DNA from: a virus | Lineage: Duplodnaviria; Caudoviricetes | Virus record (IMG/VR): IMGVR_UViG_3300025759_000099 | Span: 1 to 61,461 of that record | Length of the DNA: 61,461 bases | Direction: 5' to 3' (one strand) | In this document: piece after piece, positions 18,803-29,413 of the stretch | Layout of the letters: each line of letters opens with the position of its first letter | Position numbering within the stretch: position 1 is the stretch's first letter | The notes under the pieces: model-generated | Seen by the model: only the letters and a program-made list of their open reading frames with translations | The model's database searches: none | What the model was told of the DNA's origin: nothing | Program-made: the position numbers and the translations under genes

Positions 18803-20353
18803 TTAACTTCCTATAGTGTCGAAACTATTAAATGATTGGCTCCCTGTGGTTGGTGCACTACCACCCATAACACCCGCACCTCTAAGCGTAGCGCTAACAG
18901 CTTCGCTTACTAACCTATCTTTTAGTTCTTGTACTGCCGCTCTATACGCATCAGGATTGCCTTTGTATATATCCGCGAGTTCGTCTACTGCTTCCATATA
19001 ATCAGGGTTTAAGTCCAGCCCCGCTAAAGTATCCGCCGCTATTTTAAGTTGAGCTTCGGTATACACTTTTGATAGGTCATTAAGCATTTTACGTTCCGCT
19101 ATGTCTAAGTCGTACTCGGCAAGTAGCATTTTTAACTGCCGGTCAGCGGCTTGCTGGGCTTCTTCACTAGCCATAGTTTCACGACGTCGGAGTTCTTCAC
19201 CTACAGCACTTGCACCAGCACCTAAAGCACCACCTATAGAAGTTTGTCCCGCCATACCTGCACCCATCTCGCGTAGCAAGTCCCAGTCGATCTCACGTTT
19301 CTTTTTAGCTTCGGGTTCACTTGTTTTAACTTCAGGTTCACTTGTTGAGCCGGGGTCTTCCATCATCTTAAGAATTTCTTCTAACTCCGCATCTGACATT
19401 TCTTCAGCAGGAGTGGTTGCGGTTGTCGGTGCGGTTGTCGGTGCGGTTGTCGGTGCGGTTGGGTCAACTACTGAACTAACGCCAGTACCTGCGTACTCTT
19501 CTCTCCCAAGAACCTCCCCTGTTCTTCTACGAGACTCCTTGGTGCCTTCGGCACTGAACAAGTAAAGAAAATCGTCCCACAATTCTGAAGCTGTTTTCCT
19601 GCGCTGGATGTCGCTTTCTGTACTGGGGGAGTCATTCCCTATAGGTATAACCGGCAATTCTTCCTCATCTATGGGTACTCTTCTGCCCACCGCTCCGGTA
19701 CGGCCTCCAATCTGATAGCGTTGGACTTCTCCACCGCCGTACATGCCACCCTGTTCCTGCATTGAGCGTTCGTATTCAGCGGCGGGGTCAAAACCACGGG
19801 CACGTTCGATTTCTAGCATAAAGCGTGATTCATCCTGTGCCTGACGTTTCATATCCTCCAACATCATGGTAATAGCTTGCGCGGCTTCAGGTGTAATGTT
19901 AGGGTCTTTGAGCTTTTCAGTAAGCCGAATGTATTCATTAGCGGCGGCAACATCCCCACCTTCTTGGAACGCAACAATGCCCCCACCCGCCATGCGGGCC
20001 ATATTAGGAGAGGCGAGTTGAGGTAGCCCCCCCTGACCTTGCGGCATTGGAGGACGTTGTTGTGCCATAGCCATTTGACGGCCCTGTTGCTGTACACCCG
20101 GTATCATTGACGCAATATCGCGCCCTACTTCTTGCTTTTCTGCGGCTATAAGCTGTTGCTCAAGCTGATCTTTTACAGATGCGGGATTAGTCTGCATCTG
20201 AGCTTGAATAGCTTTAGCAGCGTCGGCTTTATCCTTACTTAGTTTCTGAAGTGCAAGTAAGTCAACAAGCTGTTGAGTCTGAGCGTATCTCTGCTGTAGA
20301 GCCTGTGGGCCAAGCGCCATACGTTGTGCTATTTGTGCGTCTATTCCAGCCAT
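18803..20353 (-). CDS. Putative internal virion/ejection protein
   Basis: Q/A-rich helical; MAGGGIVAFQEGGDV motif; lies in the ejection cluster. Confidence 0.6.
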   Translation of the reverse strand: MAGIDAQIAQRMALGPQALQQRYAQTQQLVDLLALQKLSKDKADAAKAIQAQMQTNPASVKDQLEQQLIAAEKQEVGRDIASMIPGVQQQGRQMAMAQQRPPMPQGQGGLPQLASPNMARMAGGGIVAFQEGGDVAAANEYIRLTEKLKDPNITPEAAQAITMMLEDMKRQAQDESRFMLEIERARGFDPAAEYERSMQEQGGMYGGGEVQRYQIGGRTGAVGRRVPIDEEELPVIPIGNDSPSTESDIQRRKTASELWDDFLYLFSAEGTKESRRRTGEVLGREEYAGTGVSSVVDPTAPTTAPTTAPTTATTPAEEMSDAELEEILKMMEDPGSTSEPEVKTSEPEAKKKREIDWDLLREMGAGMAGQTSIGGALGAGASAVGEELRRRETMASEEAQQAADRQLKMLLAEYDLDIAERKMLNDLSKVYTEAQLKIAADTLAGLDLNPDYMEAVDELADIYKGNPDAYRAAVQELKDRLVSEAVSATLRGAGVMGGSAPTTGSQSFNSFDTIGS

Positions 20354-21540
20354 TATTTTTTACCTGTGTCTAAAAAGCCCAAACCCTGTAGCAGTCCAAT
20401 GACCGCACTAGCGCCTCCACCAAAATTAGCTAATCCCGTAGGTTCAGCATACTGATAGGACTGAGTTTCTATTGGTAACCCTTGCAGTAGTGACTGCATG
20501 TACTGTACTTGTTTGTAGGGGTAATCACGCTCTTGTTCAAACTGCCTAATATCCGCCGCGATACCTTCAGACTCTATCCCACGCTGTGTACCACCAGCAC
20601 CAAGCTGTTGCTGTAAGGCTTGTAAGCCATAGTTACGTTCTTGACCAAATAAGTCAGCCGCTTTATCGTAAGCTTTCTCCATCCCAGTACCGTATATATT
20701 GGCAAGATTTCTTTGTAGTGCGCCTGACAATTCAGCTTCAGCTACGGCCTGACGTCCACCGCCGTACGCACCGGCTCTTCCATATCTGCTCTGAAGGTTC
20801 TGCTGTTCTATCTGTGCCTGACGACGCGCCTCTTCCATTTGAGGCTGAAGTGCCATATCCACGTACGGGTTCATATACTGCTGGGCTACGGACTGCCGGG
20901 CTACGGACTGCGGTGCTACGGATTGCTGTGCTTGCGGTGTTTGTGACATTCGGGGAGATTGGGCGCCCATTGCAGAAGGCATGCCTTGCGCACCTTTATA
21001 CGCTTGAAATTCTGTACTTCTAGTGAAGTCAAAAATATCTTTGTCCGGGTTATTAGACAGCCAAGTTTGTGCCAATGAATCAAACTCTGGGTCTTGGTCT
21101 ACACCGCGCATACGCAAGCTATCAGCCCCTGACTCCATAGCTTCAAATTGTTTTTGTATATTTTCAGGCACATAGTTACGGGAATCGTAGCCGACGCCAC
21201 CGCCAACTGGGCCACTAGGCCCACCCAGATTATATCCACCACCGCCAACTGGGCCACTAGGCCCACCCAGATTATACCCACCACTATAGCTAGGCATACT
21301 CCCCGTAAAAGACCCCACAGTGGTTGCAGTAGGGACGGCTAAACCAGCCAAACCTTGAAAAGCCTGTTGCTGTAGATCGGATGCGCCAGCAGTCAGTGGG
21401 CCTTGGTACGCGGTATAGGGCATATTAGCAAGAGCAGCGCCCTTACCGAGCATATCAGTAACATAAGGCCCAGCCCACGGGGAAAGGGACGAAGACTGCC
21501 CAAGTGCGCCTGCTGTCCCACCTACATTAAATTTTTGCAT
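20353..21540 (-). CDS. Putative DNA-transfer (ejection) protein
   Basis: PYTAYQGPLTA, QQYMNPYV, AGAYGGGRQAV, glycine-rich hydrophobic C-terminus typical of pilot proteins. Confidence 0.65.
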   Translation of the reverse strand: MQKFNVGGTAGALGQSSSLSPWAGPYVTDMLGKGAALANMPYTAYQGPLTAGASDLQQQAFQGLAGLAVPTATTVGSFTGSMPSYSGGYNLGGPSGPVGGGGYNLGGPSGPVGGGVGYDSRNYVPENIQKQFEAMESGADSLRMRGVDQDPEFDSLAQTWLSNNPDKDIFDFTRSTEFQAYKGAQGMPSAMGAQSPRMSQTPQAQQSVAPQSVARQSVAQQYMNPYVDMALQPQMEEARRQAQIEQQNLQSRYGRAGAYGGGRQAVAEAELSGALQRNLANIYGTGMEKAYDKAADLFGQERNYGLQALQQQLGAGGTQRGIESEGIAADIRQFEQERDYPYKQVQYMQSLLQGLPIETQSYQYAEPTGLANFGGGASAVIGLLQGLGFLDTGKK

Positions 21541-21547
21541 GTCAACC

Positions 21548-22645
21548 TCAGCCCATTAAGTAGTTATTGGGGTTTATTTGTTTACCTTGTCGGGTAGTTC
21601 CAGTACGGTCTTTCCGTATTCTGTCCATCATAGAGTATAACTGTTTTGCTCCGGCATCGGAATTACCGTTGCCTAAGTGACCTACTACATCGGCGGGAAT
21701 AACAAACTCACCATCACTAAGCCGAGCCGGTTCCCTACCATCAATAGTTGCGGGTACTTTATCTGCCATACCATCAGTAGTTCCGCCTAAGTAGTAACCC
21801 TGCCCACCAAGGGAAGCTATACCACCTTGTGCGTATCCAGCGGCGGCATACTGATCGGCAATAGCCTTTCTATCGTAGCCGGTTATTTTAGCCATAGTAT
21901 CGGGAGTGATCCCGAAACGGTTCATCATATCAGCAACTTCTTGTATAGCGGCAGGTTTCGCTAAATTACCGTATTTACTACGTATAGTCCTTAACATTTG
22001 CTTTACGGTATTGTATGCTGGCTCATATACCGCATCCCCTACTGCCCCACCTGCAAGCCCTTCTGGAGCGGTTGGTTGCGTGGGTATTATTTCTGTTTTT
22101 GGTAGTACATCTATTGGTTGTACGAGGGATGTTTCCTTTATTGGTGATGTAGTCGGTGTAGTGCCCGTGGTGGATGCTTGACGCATCATCTGGTTAGCTA
22201 TTAACGCTTGTAGTAACCCTTGGTTAGCGGCTTCACCTTGCTGCTGTCGGGCAAGAGCATCGGCGTTTAATTGAGCTAGATAATCTCCACCCATAACAGT
22301 CTGGATACCTGCGGCATCTGTCTTTGGAATGTACTGAGTATCGGTAAAATATCTTCTACCAGCTTCACCGGGACGTCTACCTGTAGGATCAAAAACACCC
22401 GGTACTAATTCTCGTTGGGTTGTATATTCGGGAATACCACCGGTATAACCCTGCGAACCTTGAGTATCGCCACCACCGCCCGCAAGTCCAAACAATCCAC
22501 CTATACCTGCGGCTATGGCTTTACCCGCGTCCCCACTGAGAAAATTCCCAGCTTTCTGGAAAAAACTTGGGTCGTCGACCTTGTTAGGAGTTGTATTAGT
22601 AGCTGCGTCCATCAAAGCTACATAATCTGCCGCTGTTAATGCCAT
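21548..22645 (-). CDS. Putative internal virion protein with C-terminal GG...SDGEFV domain
   Basis: YAQGG...GTTDGMADKVPA...RLSDGEFVIPADVV...GAKQLYSMM. Confidence 0.65.
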   Translation of the reverse strand: MALTAADYVALMDAATNTTPNKVDDPSFFQKAGNFLSGDAGKAIAAGIGGLFGLAGGGGDTQGSQGYTGGIPEYTTQRELVPGVFDPTGRRPGEAGRRYFTDTQYIPKTDAAGIQTVMGGDYLAQLNADALARQQQGEAANQGLLQALIANQMMRQASTTGTTPTTSPIKETSLVQPIDVLPKTEIIPTQPTAPEGLAGGAVGDAVYEPAYNTVKQMLRTIRSKYGNLAKPAAIQEVADMMNRFGITPDTMAKITGYDRKAIADQYAAAGYAQGGIASLGGQGYYLGGTTDGMADKVPATIDGREPARLSDGEFVIPADVVGHLGNGNSDAGAKQLYSMMDRIRKDRTGTTRQGKQINPNNYLMG

Positions 22646-22646
22646 C

Positions 22647-24449
22647 TTACCTTCCTCTAATCAAACGACGTAGAATCTCATCTGTCAAGTCGTAATTATT
22701 GTGTATCATACCACCACTTTTAGCGTAAACGTAGGGTCTATTATCGTCTGTTTCACCTTCGTCCTGTAAACGTGGGGCAAATATACTGCTCCCAGAAATA
22801 TCATATAGATAATCTAAATCTACTACGTCACCGGGTGCGCCAGTAATTACTGCTACGCCTTGCCCGTAACCGCCGGTACCTGTTCCATCACCATCACCAT
22901 CACCACCATCACCCTCACCAGTCCCATCGTTTCCTTTACCTTCTCCATTTTCCCCTTCACCCTCTCCATTTTCTCCTTCACCAGTTCCATCGTTTCCTTC
23001 ACCTTCTCCATTTTCTCCTTCCCCACCATCACCGCCGTTACCGGGGTCGTTCAATGCGCACATGCCATTGGCACCTTTTGTGTAACCTGCTTTACATGTA
23101 CCGTCTGCATTGGCGTTGGGGTCAAGATTAATAACGTCGGATACCTCCGGCCCCTCTGACCCATTTGTAAGAACTTCCACAATATCAACGGTGTTGGGGT
23201 CTGCTGAGGGGACGCCATTATTACCCCCCGGCACATATACAGGAACAACTCTCGGTGTACCTAACCCTCCAGTAGTACCAGCTTGCCCTGTTGTTACGTT
23301 GGCTTCTTGTGCGGCTTGTTTTTCGGCTTTTCTCTGTGCGGCGTCAGCGTCTAGCTCTGCCTGTGTTTTCTTTGTAGGGGTGGGTGGGTTATTTGGGTCG
23401 TAAGTACCATACGTACCCTCGTAGTCTTTAATAAGTTTTTCCCGTAGCGTAGGGTCGATCTCACCTAATATAGCTTCGTGTAGCTGACCGGCGATAGGGT
23501 CGTAGTTATACAAATCAGGGTTAACTTTATAGTCTTCGTAGTTGAAGTCTTTGCCCCCTTCTAGGCCACCCTCAAGGAGTATGCGAGCCGCTTCCGCATC
23601 TGCCGCCGCTTGCGCCGCCGTATCAGCCGCACCGCCACCACCACCGCCACCACCACTAGTGCTTGAATCGTCAGTAGGAACTTCTTGTGGAGGTGTAGGT
23701 TCAGACATAACCCATTTCCTACCCAGCATGTCATAACCCCACCTTCTACCGTCGGGGTCTACATAAGTGCCTTCCATCAAGTCCCCCGGAATGCCCGCAA
23801 CGTCTATAGTCCCGGTTATGTCGGTATAGTCTCGTGGGTTGGTAGTACCTGAAACGTCTTGGGCTACCTCTGATGTGGTAGCGGTGAGTTGTTTTTTGTA
23901 GTCAGCGTAATCCAAACCCGACGCTAAAAAATCGTCATAGCGCTTCTGCATAACATCTTGGTTTTGTTCGCGCCACTCCCAAATACTCCGGTCTACAGCG
24001 TCCAATTGTTTTTCTTCTGCCCACTCTTCTGGGGAAAGAGTACCATCCCCACTCTCCATAGCAGAGGAGAACTCCGAAATCATATTAGGGTTAGTGTTTG
24101 GGTCGAACATATCTATGGGGAATTGTTCGTAAGGGTCTACCCCAGCCTTTCTCATTTCATCTTCAGTAAGCAGTTTGAGGTTGTCCATCTTCTGGCGTTC
24201 TGCTGTCTTTCTACCGCTATAGCCTTTGTAAAGCTGTTGTCCAAGTAATGCTACACTTAGGGGGTTAATAGGATTAGTAAATAGCGACCCTATACCTTGC
24301 GCCCCCTGTGCCGCCACCGTGTTAAGGCCAGTCTGGGCAACTGAAGCTAAAGTAGGGGGTACAGTGCCACCCCACATTCTTTCTAGTGCGGCTTGCTCAA
24401 GTGCTGTATTGCCACCGAATAAACCGCCACCACCTTGAAATTTCTTCAT
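22647..24449 (-). CDS. Low-complexity acidic putative internal virion protein
   Basis: 600 aa, G/E/N/D repeats near the C-terminus. Confidence 0.6.
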   Translation of the reverse strand: MKKFQGGGGLFGGNTALEQAALERMWGGTVPPTLASVAQTGLNTVAAQGAQGIGSLFTNPINPLSVALLGQQLYKGYSGRKTAERQKMDNLKLLTEDEMRKAGVDPYEQFPIDMFDPNTNPNMISEFSSAMESGDGTLSPEEWAEEKQLDAVDRSIWEWREQNQDVMQKRYDDFLASGLDYADYKKQLTATTSEVAQDVSGTTNPRDYTDITGTIDVAGIPGDLMEGTYVDPDGRRWGYDMLGRKWVMSEPTPPQEVPTDDSSTSGGGGGGGGAADTAAQAAADAEAARILLEGGLEGGKDFNYEDYKVNPDLYNYDPIAGQLHEAILGEIDPTLREKLIKDYEGTYGTYDPNNPPTPTKKTQAELDADAAQRKAEKQAAQEANVTTGQAGTTGGLGTPRVVPVYVPGGNNGVPSADPNTVDIVEVLTNGSEGPEVSDVINLDPNANADGTCKAGYTKGANGMCALNDPGNGGDGGEGENGEGEGNDGTGEGENGEGEGENGEGKGNDGTGEGDGGDGDGDGTGTGGYGQGVAVITGAPGDVVDLDYLYDISGSSIFAPRLQDEGETDDNRPYVYAKSGGMIHNNYDLTDEILRRLIRGR

Positions 24450-24457
24450 CTCATCAC

Positions 24458-25108
24458 CTACGGAGGAGTCGGCAGCGTGTCAGGCAACGCTGATACTAGA
24501 CTAACTGCCATAACAGCAGACGGTATACCGGGGTGGGGGCTAGACGGCGCGGCGGCTTCAAGAATGGCTGCCGTATCGGAAGTAGCCCATATCATCTCCA
24601 AATACTGTCCTGTGGTCATATCTATATTAAAGTTCCACGTTACCGGGACGGCATCCCCAGAGCCGGACAATACGTACTGCTTAGTGGAGTAACCAATATC
24701 AGTACCGTTACGCCTAATCCAGAAGTACACATTCTTAGGCGACGCAGAGACACTATACACAGACCCAGTAAACTGGAAGTTATATATACCTGAGTATTCT
24801 ATGGTTATCTGCGAGCTAGACGCGCCGTTTATTGTAACACCATGATTTAAATAAGTATTCTCAAATTGAATCGGGTATCCTGTGTTTGTAGTGGCGGCTG
24901 TCTGGTCTACAATAGAGTAGAAAAGCGCGTTAGCTTGGTCTAAAAACCTACCACCAAGGTGACCTGTTACGTTATTTATGGCATTAGAGACGCGTCCGAA
25001 GTACAACCTCAATACGTTATTCTGTGAGTCTATATACCGCTTATCGACATTATCGCCCGGTATTGGTAGGGCTGGGGGCGGTGTCCTGCTGATTAGGGAT
25101 TCACTCAT
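24458..25108 (-). CDS. Virion structural protein
   Basis: PPALP...NVLRLYF N-terminus plus a beta-rich domain (SGIYNFQF). Confidence 0.6.
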   Translation of the reverse strand: MSESLISRTPPPALPIPGDNVDKRYIDSQNNVLRLYFGRVSNAINNVTGHLGGRFLDQANALFYSIVDQTAATTNTGYPIQFENTYLNHGVTINGASSSQITIEYSGIYNFQFTGSVYSVSASPKNVYFWIRRNGTDIGYSTKQYVLSGSGDAVPVTWNFNIDMTTGQYLEMIWATSDTAAILEAAAPSSPHPGIPSAVMAVSLVSALPDTLPTPP

Positions 25109-27003
25109 TACCCTCTCCTGCCATCAGGACGCATATCAAAACGTGTAGCACCTAGTTTCCAAGCCACCCCTTCCGCAGTAGACTCGACCTTAAATGCCAT
25201 CTGCCGACCCCTAAGACGTACATAAGCCTGCCCTGTGAACTCTTCAATAGGTACAGTAGCAGTACGCGTTACAGTAGCCGAACTGTTTCCACCTTCAGAA
25301 AGTGGAGTGTTATATCCAGAACCGGAGTTAACCATAGGAGATATAGTCATTGTTACTGCTGGTGTAGATGCAGTAGACCCTGCAAAAGTAACGTCAGGTA
25401 AGACGCGGGAAATAAACATAGCTCTGTCGCCGTCGTCTAGATCAAACTCTGCTGATACTAACGTAGCAGTAATTGGGTATACCGAAGATGTTTCTTTGTC
25501 ATCGTACCCTATCTCGTGTTTTACTATGTTGTTGCTATATGTAGCGGCTAATGGGAGTTCTCGTAAGTCAGCGTCAATCCAAGCGGTTCTAGCCATGTTA
25601 CCGTACGCCCAAGCATCTTCCCCATAATTATATATGACGTACCTATCCACAGTAGTGGAACCTGAAGAGCAGTAAAACCACCACACTTCGTTAAACCTCT
25701 CATTAGTACCACATATAACTTGATCGGTTTGCTGTTGGTTAAAGTCGTCAAATATATAACTACGGATAGAACAGGGTAATGTTTTAACCACACCGTCATA
25801 GCTGTAGAACTTATCTTTACCCATCCAGTAAGCAATATCACTGGCAATTATAGCCGCGTTCTGACTGGCTATTGTTAAGTTACTACCTAATAAATTAGCC
25901 CCCCACACTTCTGGGGCACCCAGATACTGCATGCCGTAGAGGGCGGCGTCTGTCCAAACCAACATTTCTTGCCTTGATTGAAGGGCAGTAACTATCTCAC
26001 TACCATTAGAAAGGCGTAAACTACCAGCTTGGTTAGTCGCTTGAGGTGTCCAATTTATTGCATCTTCTTGGTCTGACCAACGTATAAGCATAGGATCAAG
26101 GACACTAGAGCCTACCGGATTGCAACCAAAACAAAATACAAAACGGAATATATCAGATACGGTAGTGTAATTTACTATAGTGGGTACACCAGATTGACCC
26201 GCCGCTTCAGTTAAAAATGTCGCTCTGTTACCTGCAACAGCACCAGCACTAGCATCCCAAATGTAAATATCCCCGCCACGGTCAGCTAAAATAAGGTCTT
26301 CTCCAAAGTTAGCTTGACTCCAAAGACGTATATTTGCAGTAGTGGTAGCTCCTAGACCCCAAGTACTAGACCCCCATGTGCCCGCACCCCAACCGGAAAA
26401 AGGTACTGCATACTCCGCTCCGGGGGCTATTTCGTAAGAAGCTACAGTGGAAGCGCCACCATTACCAGTGTCAGAAACATTAGCCAACACCGTTGCGCCA
26501 GAAGTATCAACCGCTTCTACCGTAAAATTGTCTGCATCTACTACACTATCTATTATATAGTTTTGATTAAGTACATCAGCAGTAATGTTGCCACCTAGGC
26601 TAACCGCATCGGAAAAGGTTACATAACTACCTGCCACAGCCCCGTGAGCTACTTCAGTTACGGTAATAGTAGCGTCACCATTAACAGCGGCAAATGTGGC
26701 ATCTCCGGCACCGGAAATAAGGCGGTAGGGGGTAGAGTCGTAATAAGCTCCACCACGTTCGATATAGTATTTGATGTTAGTACCGACTGATACTAAGTTT
26801 TGTCCACCTAGAGTAACCCAGTTGAACATAGACCGACACACACCCAAAAACGTGTCTGAGGAGATACGCTCCCAACCACCAATCTTCTGGGGCATACCAC
26901 GGCGGAAACGGACTTTATCTGTCTCGTACCATGTGCCTTCGGCGTTGTAGCGAGTAGTTTCTCTATCTACACCGGGCTTAAATTGAATTTTTTGTATCGG
27001 CAT
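25108..27003 (-). CDS. Tail nozzle/DNA-stabilisation protein (P22 gp10 / tubular protein B-like)
   Basis: KPGV...VRFRRGMPQKIGGW, IRWSDQED, FNEVWWFY, RLRGRQ, DGRR C-terminus. Confidence 0.75.
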   Translation of the reverse strand: MPIQKIQFKPGVDRETTRYNAEGTWYETDKVRFRRGMPQKIGGWERISSDTFLGVCRSMFNWVTLGGQNLVSVGTNIKYYIERGGAYYDSTPYRLISGAGDATFAAVNGDATITVTEVAHGAVAGSYVTFSDAVSLGGNITADVLNQNYIIDSVVDADNFTVEAVDTSGATVLANVSDTGNGGASTVASYEIAPGAEYAVPFSGWGAGTWGSSTWGLGATTTANIRLWSQANFGEDLILADRGGDIYIWDASAGAVAGNRATFLTEAAGQSGVPTIVNYTTVSDIFRFVFCFGCNPVGSSVLDPMLIRWSDQEDAINWTPQATNQAGSLRLSNGSEIVTALQSRQEMLVWTDAALYGMQYLGAPEVWGANLLGSNLTIASQNAAIIASDIAYWMGKDKFYSYDGVVKTLPCSIRSYIFDDFNQQQTDQVICGTNERFNEVWWFYCSSGSTTVDRYVIYNYGEDAWAYGNMARTAWIDADLRELPLAATYSNNIVKHEIGYDDKETSSVYPITATLVSAEFDLDDGDRAMFISRVLPDVTFAGSTASTPAVTMTISPMVNSGSGYNTPLSEGGNSSATVTRTATVPIEEFTGQAYVRLRGRQMAFKVESTAEGVAWKLGATRFDMRPDGRRG

Positions 27004-27415
27004 ATTCCCCAGACCTAATCATGTCAGTCAATTCAATAGCCCTATTTTTTACTTGCGTTGCCCACCTGCTGTCTAAAAAATGCTCAGATGCAGATTCAAA
27101 ATCGCCAGAACTCATTGATTCTAAAGCGTTTTTAAATTTAAGCAACCTTGGTAAACCTAGGTTGAATCCTAACGAAATCATGGCATCTTTACGGGCTTCG
27201 TTTAGCCCAGAAAACCAAGGAAAAGCACCGCTTAACTCGTTGATTACGCGGGAAATATCATTCTGCAAAAGGTAGTTTACCTCATCATCCGACAAACCTA
27301 AACCTGTTTTTGAAATGTTTCTACCTACGCCAATAGTCTCAAGATTTTCAGTATCTAGGTAAACGTGTGTCTCTACTCCTTCATGTCTTCGGAGCATTTC
27401 TGTCAACTTACTCAT
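26978..27415 (-). CDS. Endolysin, GH24/T4-lysozyme-like
   Basis: HEG...YLDT...TIGVGRN catalytic E-D-T, FNLG, LDSRWATQV..RA. Confidence 0.9.
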   Translation of the reverse strand: MSKLTEMLRRHEGVETHVYLDTENLETIGVGRNISKTGLGLSDDEVNYLLQNDISRVINELSGAFPWFSGLNEARKDAMISLGFNLGLPRLLKFKNALESMSSGDFESASEHFLDSRWATQVKNRAIELTDMIRSGEYADTKNSI

Positions 27416-27903
27416 TTATCGTCCTTAGTATTGGATGCACCAAAATAGAAACTTATGATTGCACTTGTAGTACCACCTAACCAACCAAGCACTAAGTTTA
27501 TGATTTCTAAAGGATTCTCTTCTGGGTCTGCTACAGTAATCATAAATATATAACCTAGGAACCCAGCAACTAAAGTCACTGCAATTATTCGTGGTGTCCA
27601 GTCTTTAGCAAAATATTTACGTGCATCCTGAATATCAGCGGTCTGTAGGGCAAACAAATCTACATCCATTTCTTTCATTTGAGCTTCGAATTCAAGCTCT
27701 TGGCGTTTAATCTCAGCTAGTTGGTCTGGCGTTACTTCCTGCATAGCCTTTTCGATAGAACCAGCAGAAGGCTCACAACCTAAAACACCGGCAATAATCT
27801 TCCCGGCAGCACCACCCAGTGGACCACCCATAGCTGCACCAAGAGATGGGGCAACAGCGCCAACCAGATTCTTTATCTTCAGAAATTTCATCACCAATCC
27901 CAC
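27412..27903 (-). CDS. Holin-like membrane protein
   Basis: Two C-terminal hydrophobic helices, IISFYFGAS; adjacent to the lysozyme. Confidence 0.75.
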   Translation of the reverse strand: MGLVMKFLKIKNLVGAVAPSLGAAMGGPLGGAAGKIIAGVLGCEPSAGSIEKAMQEVTPDQLAEIKRQELEFEAQMKEMDVDLFALQTADIQDARKYFAKDWTPRIIAVTLVAGFLGYIFMITVADPEENPLEIINLVLGWLGGTTSAIISFYFGASNTKDDK

Positions 27904-27925
27904 TTATCTCTATGCCACGGGCAAC

Positions 27926-28060
27926 TTACCCGATTACGATGAGTATCATCAGGACGGCTACTACGATTGTTTTCACACCCAGACAGGAGTCGCAATCCCC
28001 GTGTACTATCTTGCCGATTTTCTCCAAACCTTCCACTACCTTTGCTTTTACCTTTTCCAT
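27926..28060 (-). CDS. Small membrane protein (44 aa, not in ORF track)
   Basis: MEKVKAKVV...KTIVVAVLMILIVIG; start overlaps the previous stop. Confidence 0.55.
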   Translation of the reverse strand: MEKVKAKVVEGLEKIGKIVHGDCDSCLGVKTIVVAVLMILIVIG

Positions 28061-28296
28061 TACTTTTTATCCTCTTTGTTATCCAGCTTATTAAAGATGC
28101 CCGAAAGCATTGACTTAATTTCCCGTATATCTTCTCGATAATCGTCTTTTTTAACGAAATCCGCATACAGTAACCTTTCTAACTGTACTTGATCGCTCCT
28201 CAATTTATTAATGGCATCGTAAACGGATCGGATCATCCAGCCACTTAGCATCATAACTACACTAAGTGCTACGTTAAATAATACTTGAAAATCCAT
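28060..28296 (-). CDS. Small membrane-anchored coiled-coil protein of the lysis region
   Basis: N-terminal TM then FVKKDDYREDI...IFNKLDNK. Confidence 0.7.
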   Translation of the reverse strand: MDFQVLFNVALSVVMMLSGWMIRSVYDAINKLRSDQVQLERLLYADFVKKDDYREDIREIKSMLSGIFNKLDNKEDKK

Positions 28297-28336
28297 AACT
28301 ACTTCCTTCTACGACTTAAAGTTATACATGCTTATA

Positions 28337-28810
28337 TTATTGGGCTTCTGCTATTAAAGCAACAATAACGGCTAGTACACCTCCACCTAGACCAAAAAGG
28401 AAAACAATAAGCGCCAAGTCCATCGCATCTTTTTTGGCTAGTTCCTGCGCCCTTTTCTTCCGAAGACGCTGGTTCTTGATAGCCCGCCTTTCCCGCAACA
28501 TTTCGCGGTAGAACTCACCTTGCCCAGAATAAATCAGGAATTCACGCAGCTCGTTCTCCATCTTCCTTGCTTTGGTCTTTGCTATGGTAATTTCTAGTGC
28601 TTGCGATTCGATGCTTTTACCATTTAGTAACTTTTGGGCATAAGTGGCGGTTTCGTTCTCAATACTAGCTTGCGTAATACGCTCATTAGCATCCCAAAAC
28701 TTGCCAAGAGTCTCGCCCATGTCCTGTAGTTCTTTGCCTTTTTCCAATCCTGACTTGAGGGCATTGAAGGCACTATTTGCAAGGCTAACTGCCGCCATGA
28801 CCTCTATCAT
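28337..28810 (-). CDS. Conserved hypothetical protein with C-terminal TM helix
   Basis: ORF track; hydrophobic C-terminus. Confidence 0.7.
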   Translation of the reverse strand: MIEVMAAVSLANSAFNALKSGLEKGKELQDMGETLGKFWDANERITQASIENETATYAQKLLNGKSIESQALEITIAKTKARKMENELREFLIYSGQGEFYREMLRERRAIKNQRLRKKRAQELAKKDAMDLALIVFLFGLGGGVLAVIVALIAEAQ

Positions 28811-28814
28811 TTTT

Positions 28815-29405
28815 CTAACCTATAGTTATCCAACCTGTAGTGTTGTCTTCTTGGTACGCATCTTCATCCCAGTACGCTTCACCTTCTGGTTTAGGCAGTG
28901 GGGCATTCCAGACAAAGTTAGTGCTGTCGTATGTCCAAGAATCATAAGGCTGCTGGTCTGGGCCTTCAGGCAGTGCGTTGTTCGGGAACCCAGCCTGTGC
29001 CGGGACATCCCGCAGTGCAGTACGGTAGCTTGCCATCAAGCCTTTGTCGTAGTCGATGAGAGGAGAGTCAGGCATCATGGCCCAGTCAGTCTCAGCCAGT
29101 CGTGCGTTACGCTGTGCCCGTACGTTAGCTTTCTTGTTAGCCAGTTCGTTAGCTATAGCTTCGGCAGGGCGGGCTATTACGCTGTAGGTCTGATAAGCCA
29201 CGCCATCGCGTACTTCTATGACATCTTCAATAACCTTCTCGGTAGCTGCGTCATAGGTTGGTTTGGTGTCGTCTGTCAGTCTGACCAAGTTAAGAGAAGC
29301 CAGTGTCGCGTCACTAAAGGGTAACGCAAATGATGTATTGGGGTTATCTCTGAGAACTTGCCTCTCGCTAACCACTGTTGATGTTTCTGTCTTGTAGTAT
29401 TTCAT
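28815..29405 (-). CDS. Tail fibre assembly chaperone-like protein
   Basis: VRAQRNARLAETDW...YRTALRDVPAQAGFP, plus a C-terminal PYDSW...W..P.P module. Confidence 0.75.
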   Translation of the reverse strand: MKYYKTETSTVVSERQVLRDNPNTSFALPFSDATLASLNLVRLTDDTKPTYDAATEKVIEDVIEVRDGVAYQTYSVIARPAEAIANELANKKANVRAQRNARLAETDWAMMPDSPLIDYDKGLMASYRTALRDVPAQAGFPNNALPEGPDQQPYDSWTYDSTNFVWNAPLPKPEGEAYWDEDAYQEDNTTGWITIG

Positions 29406-29413
29406 TATGTTAC

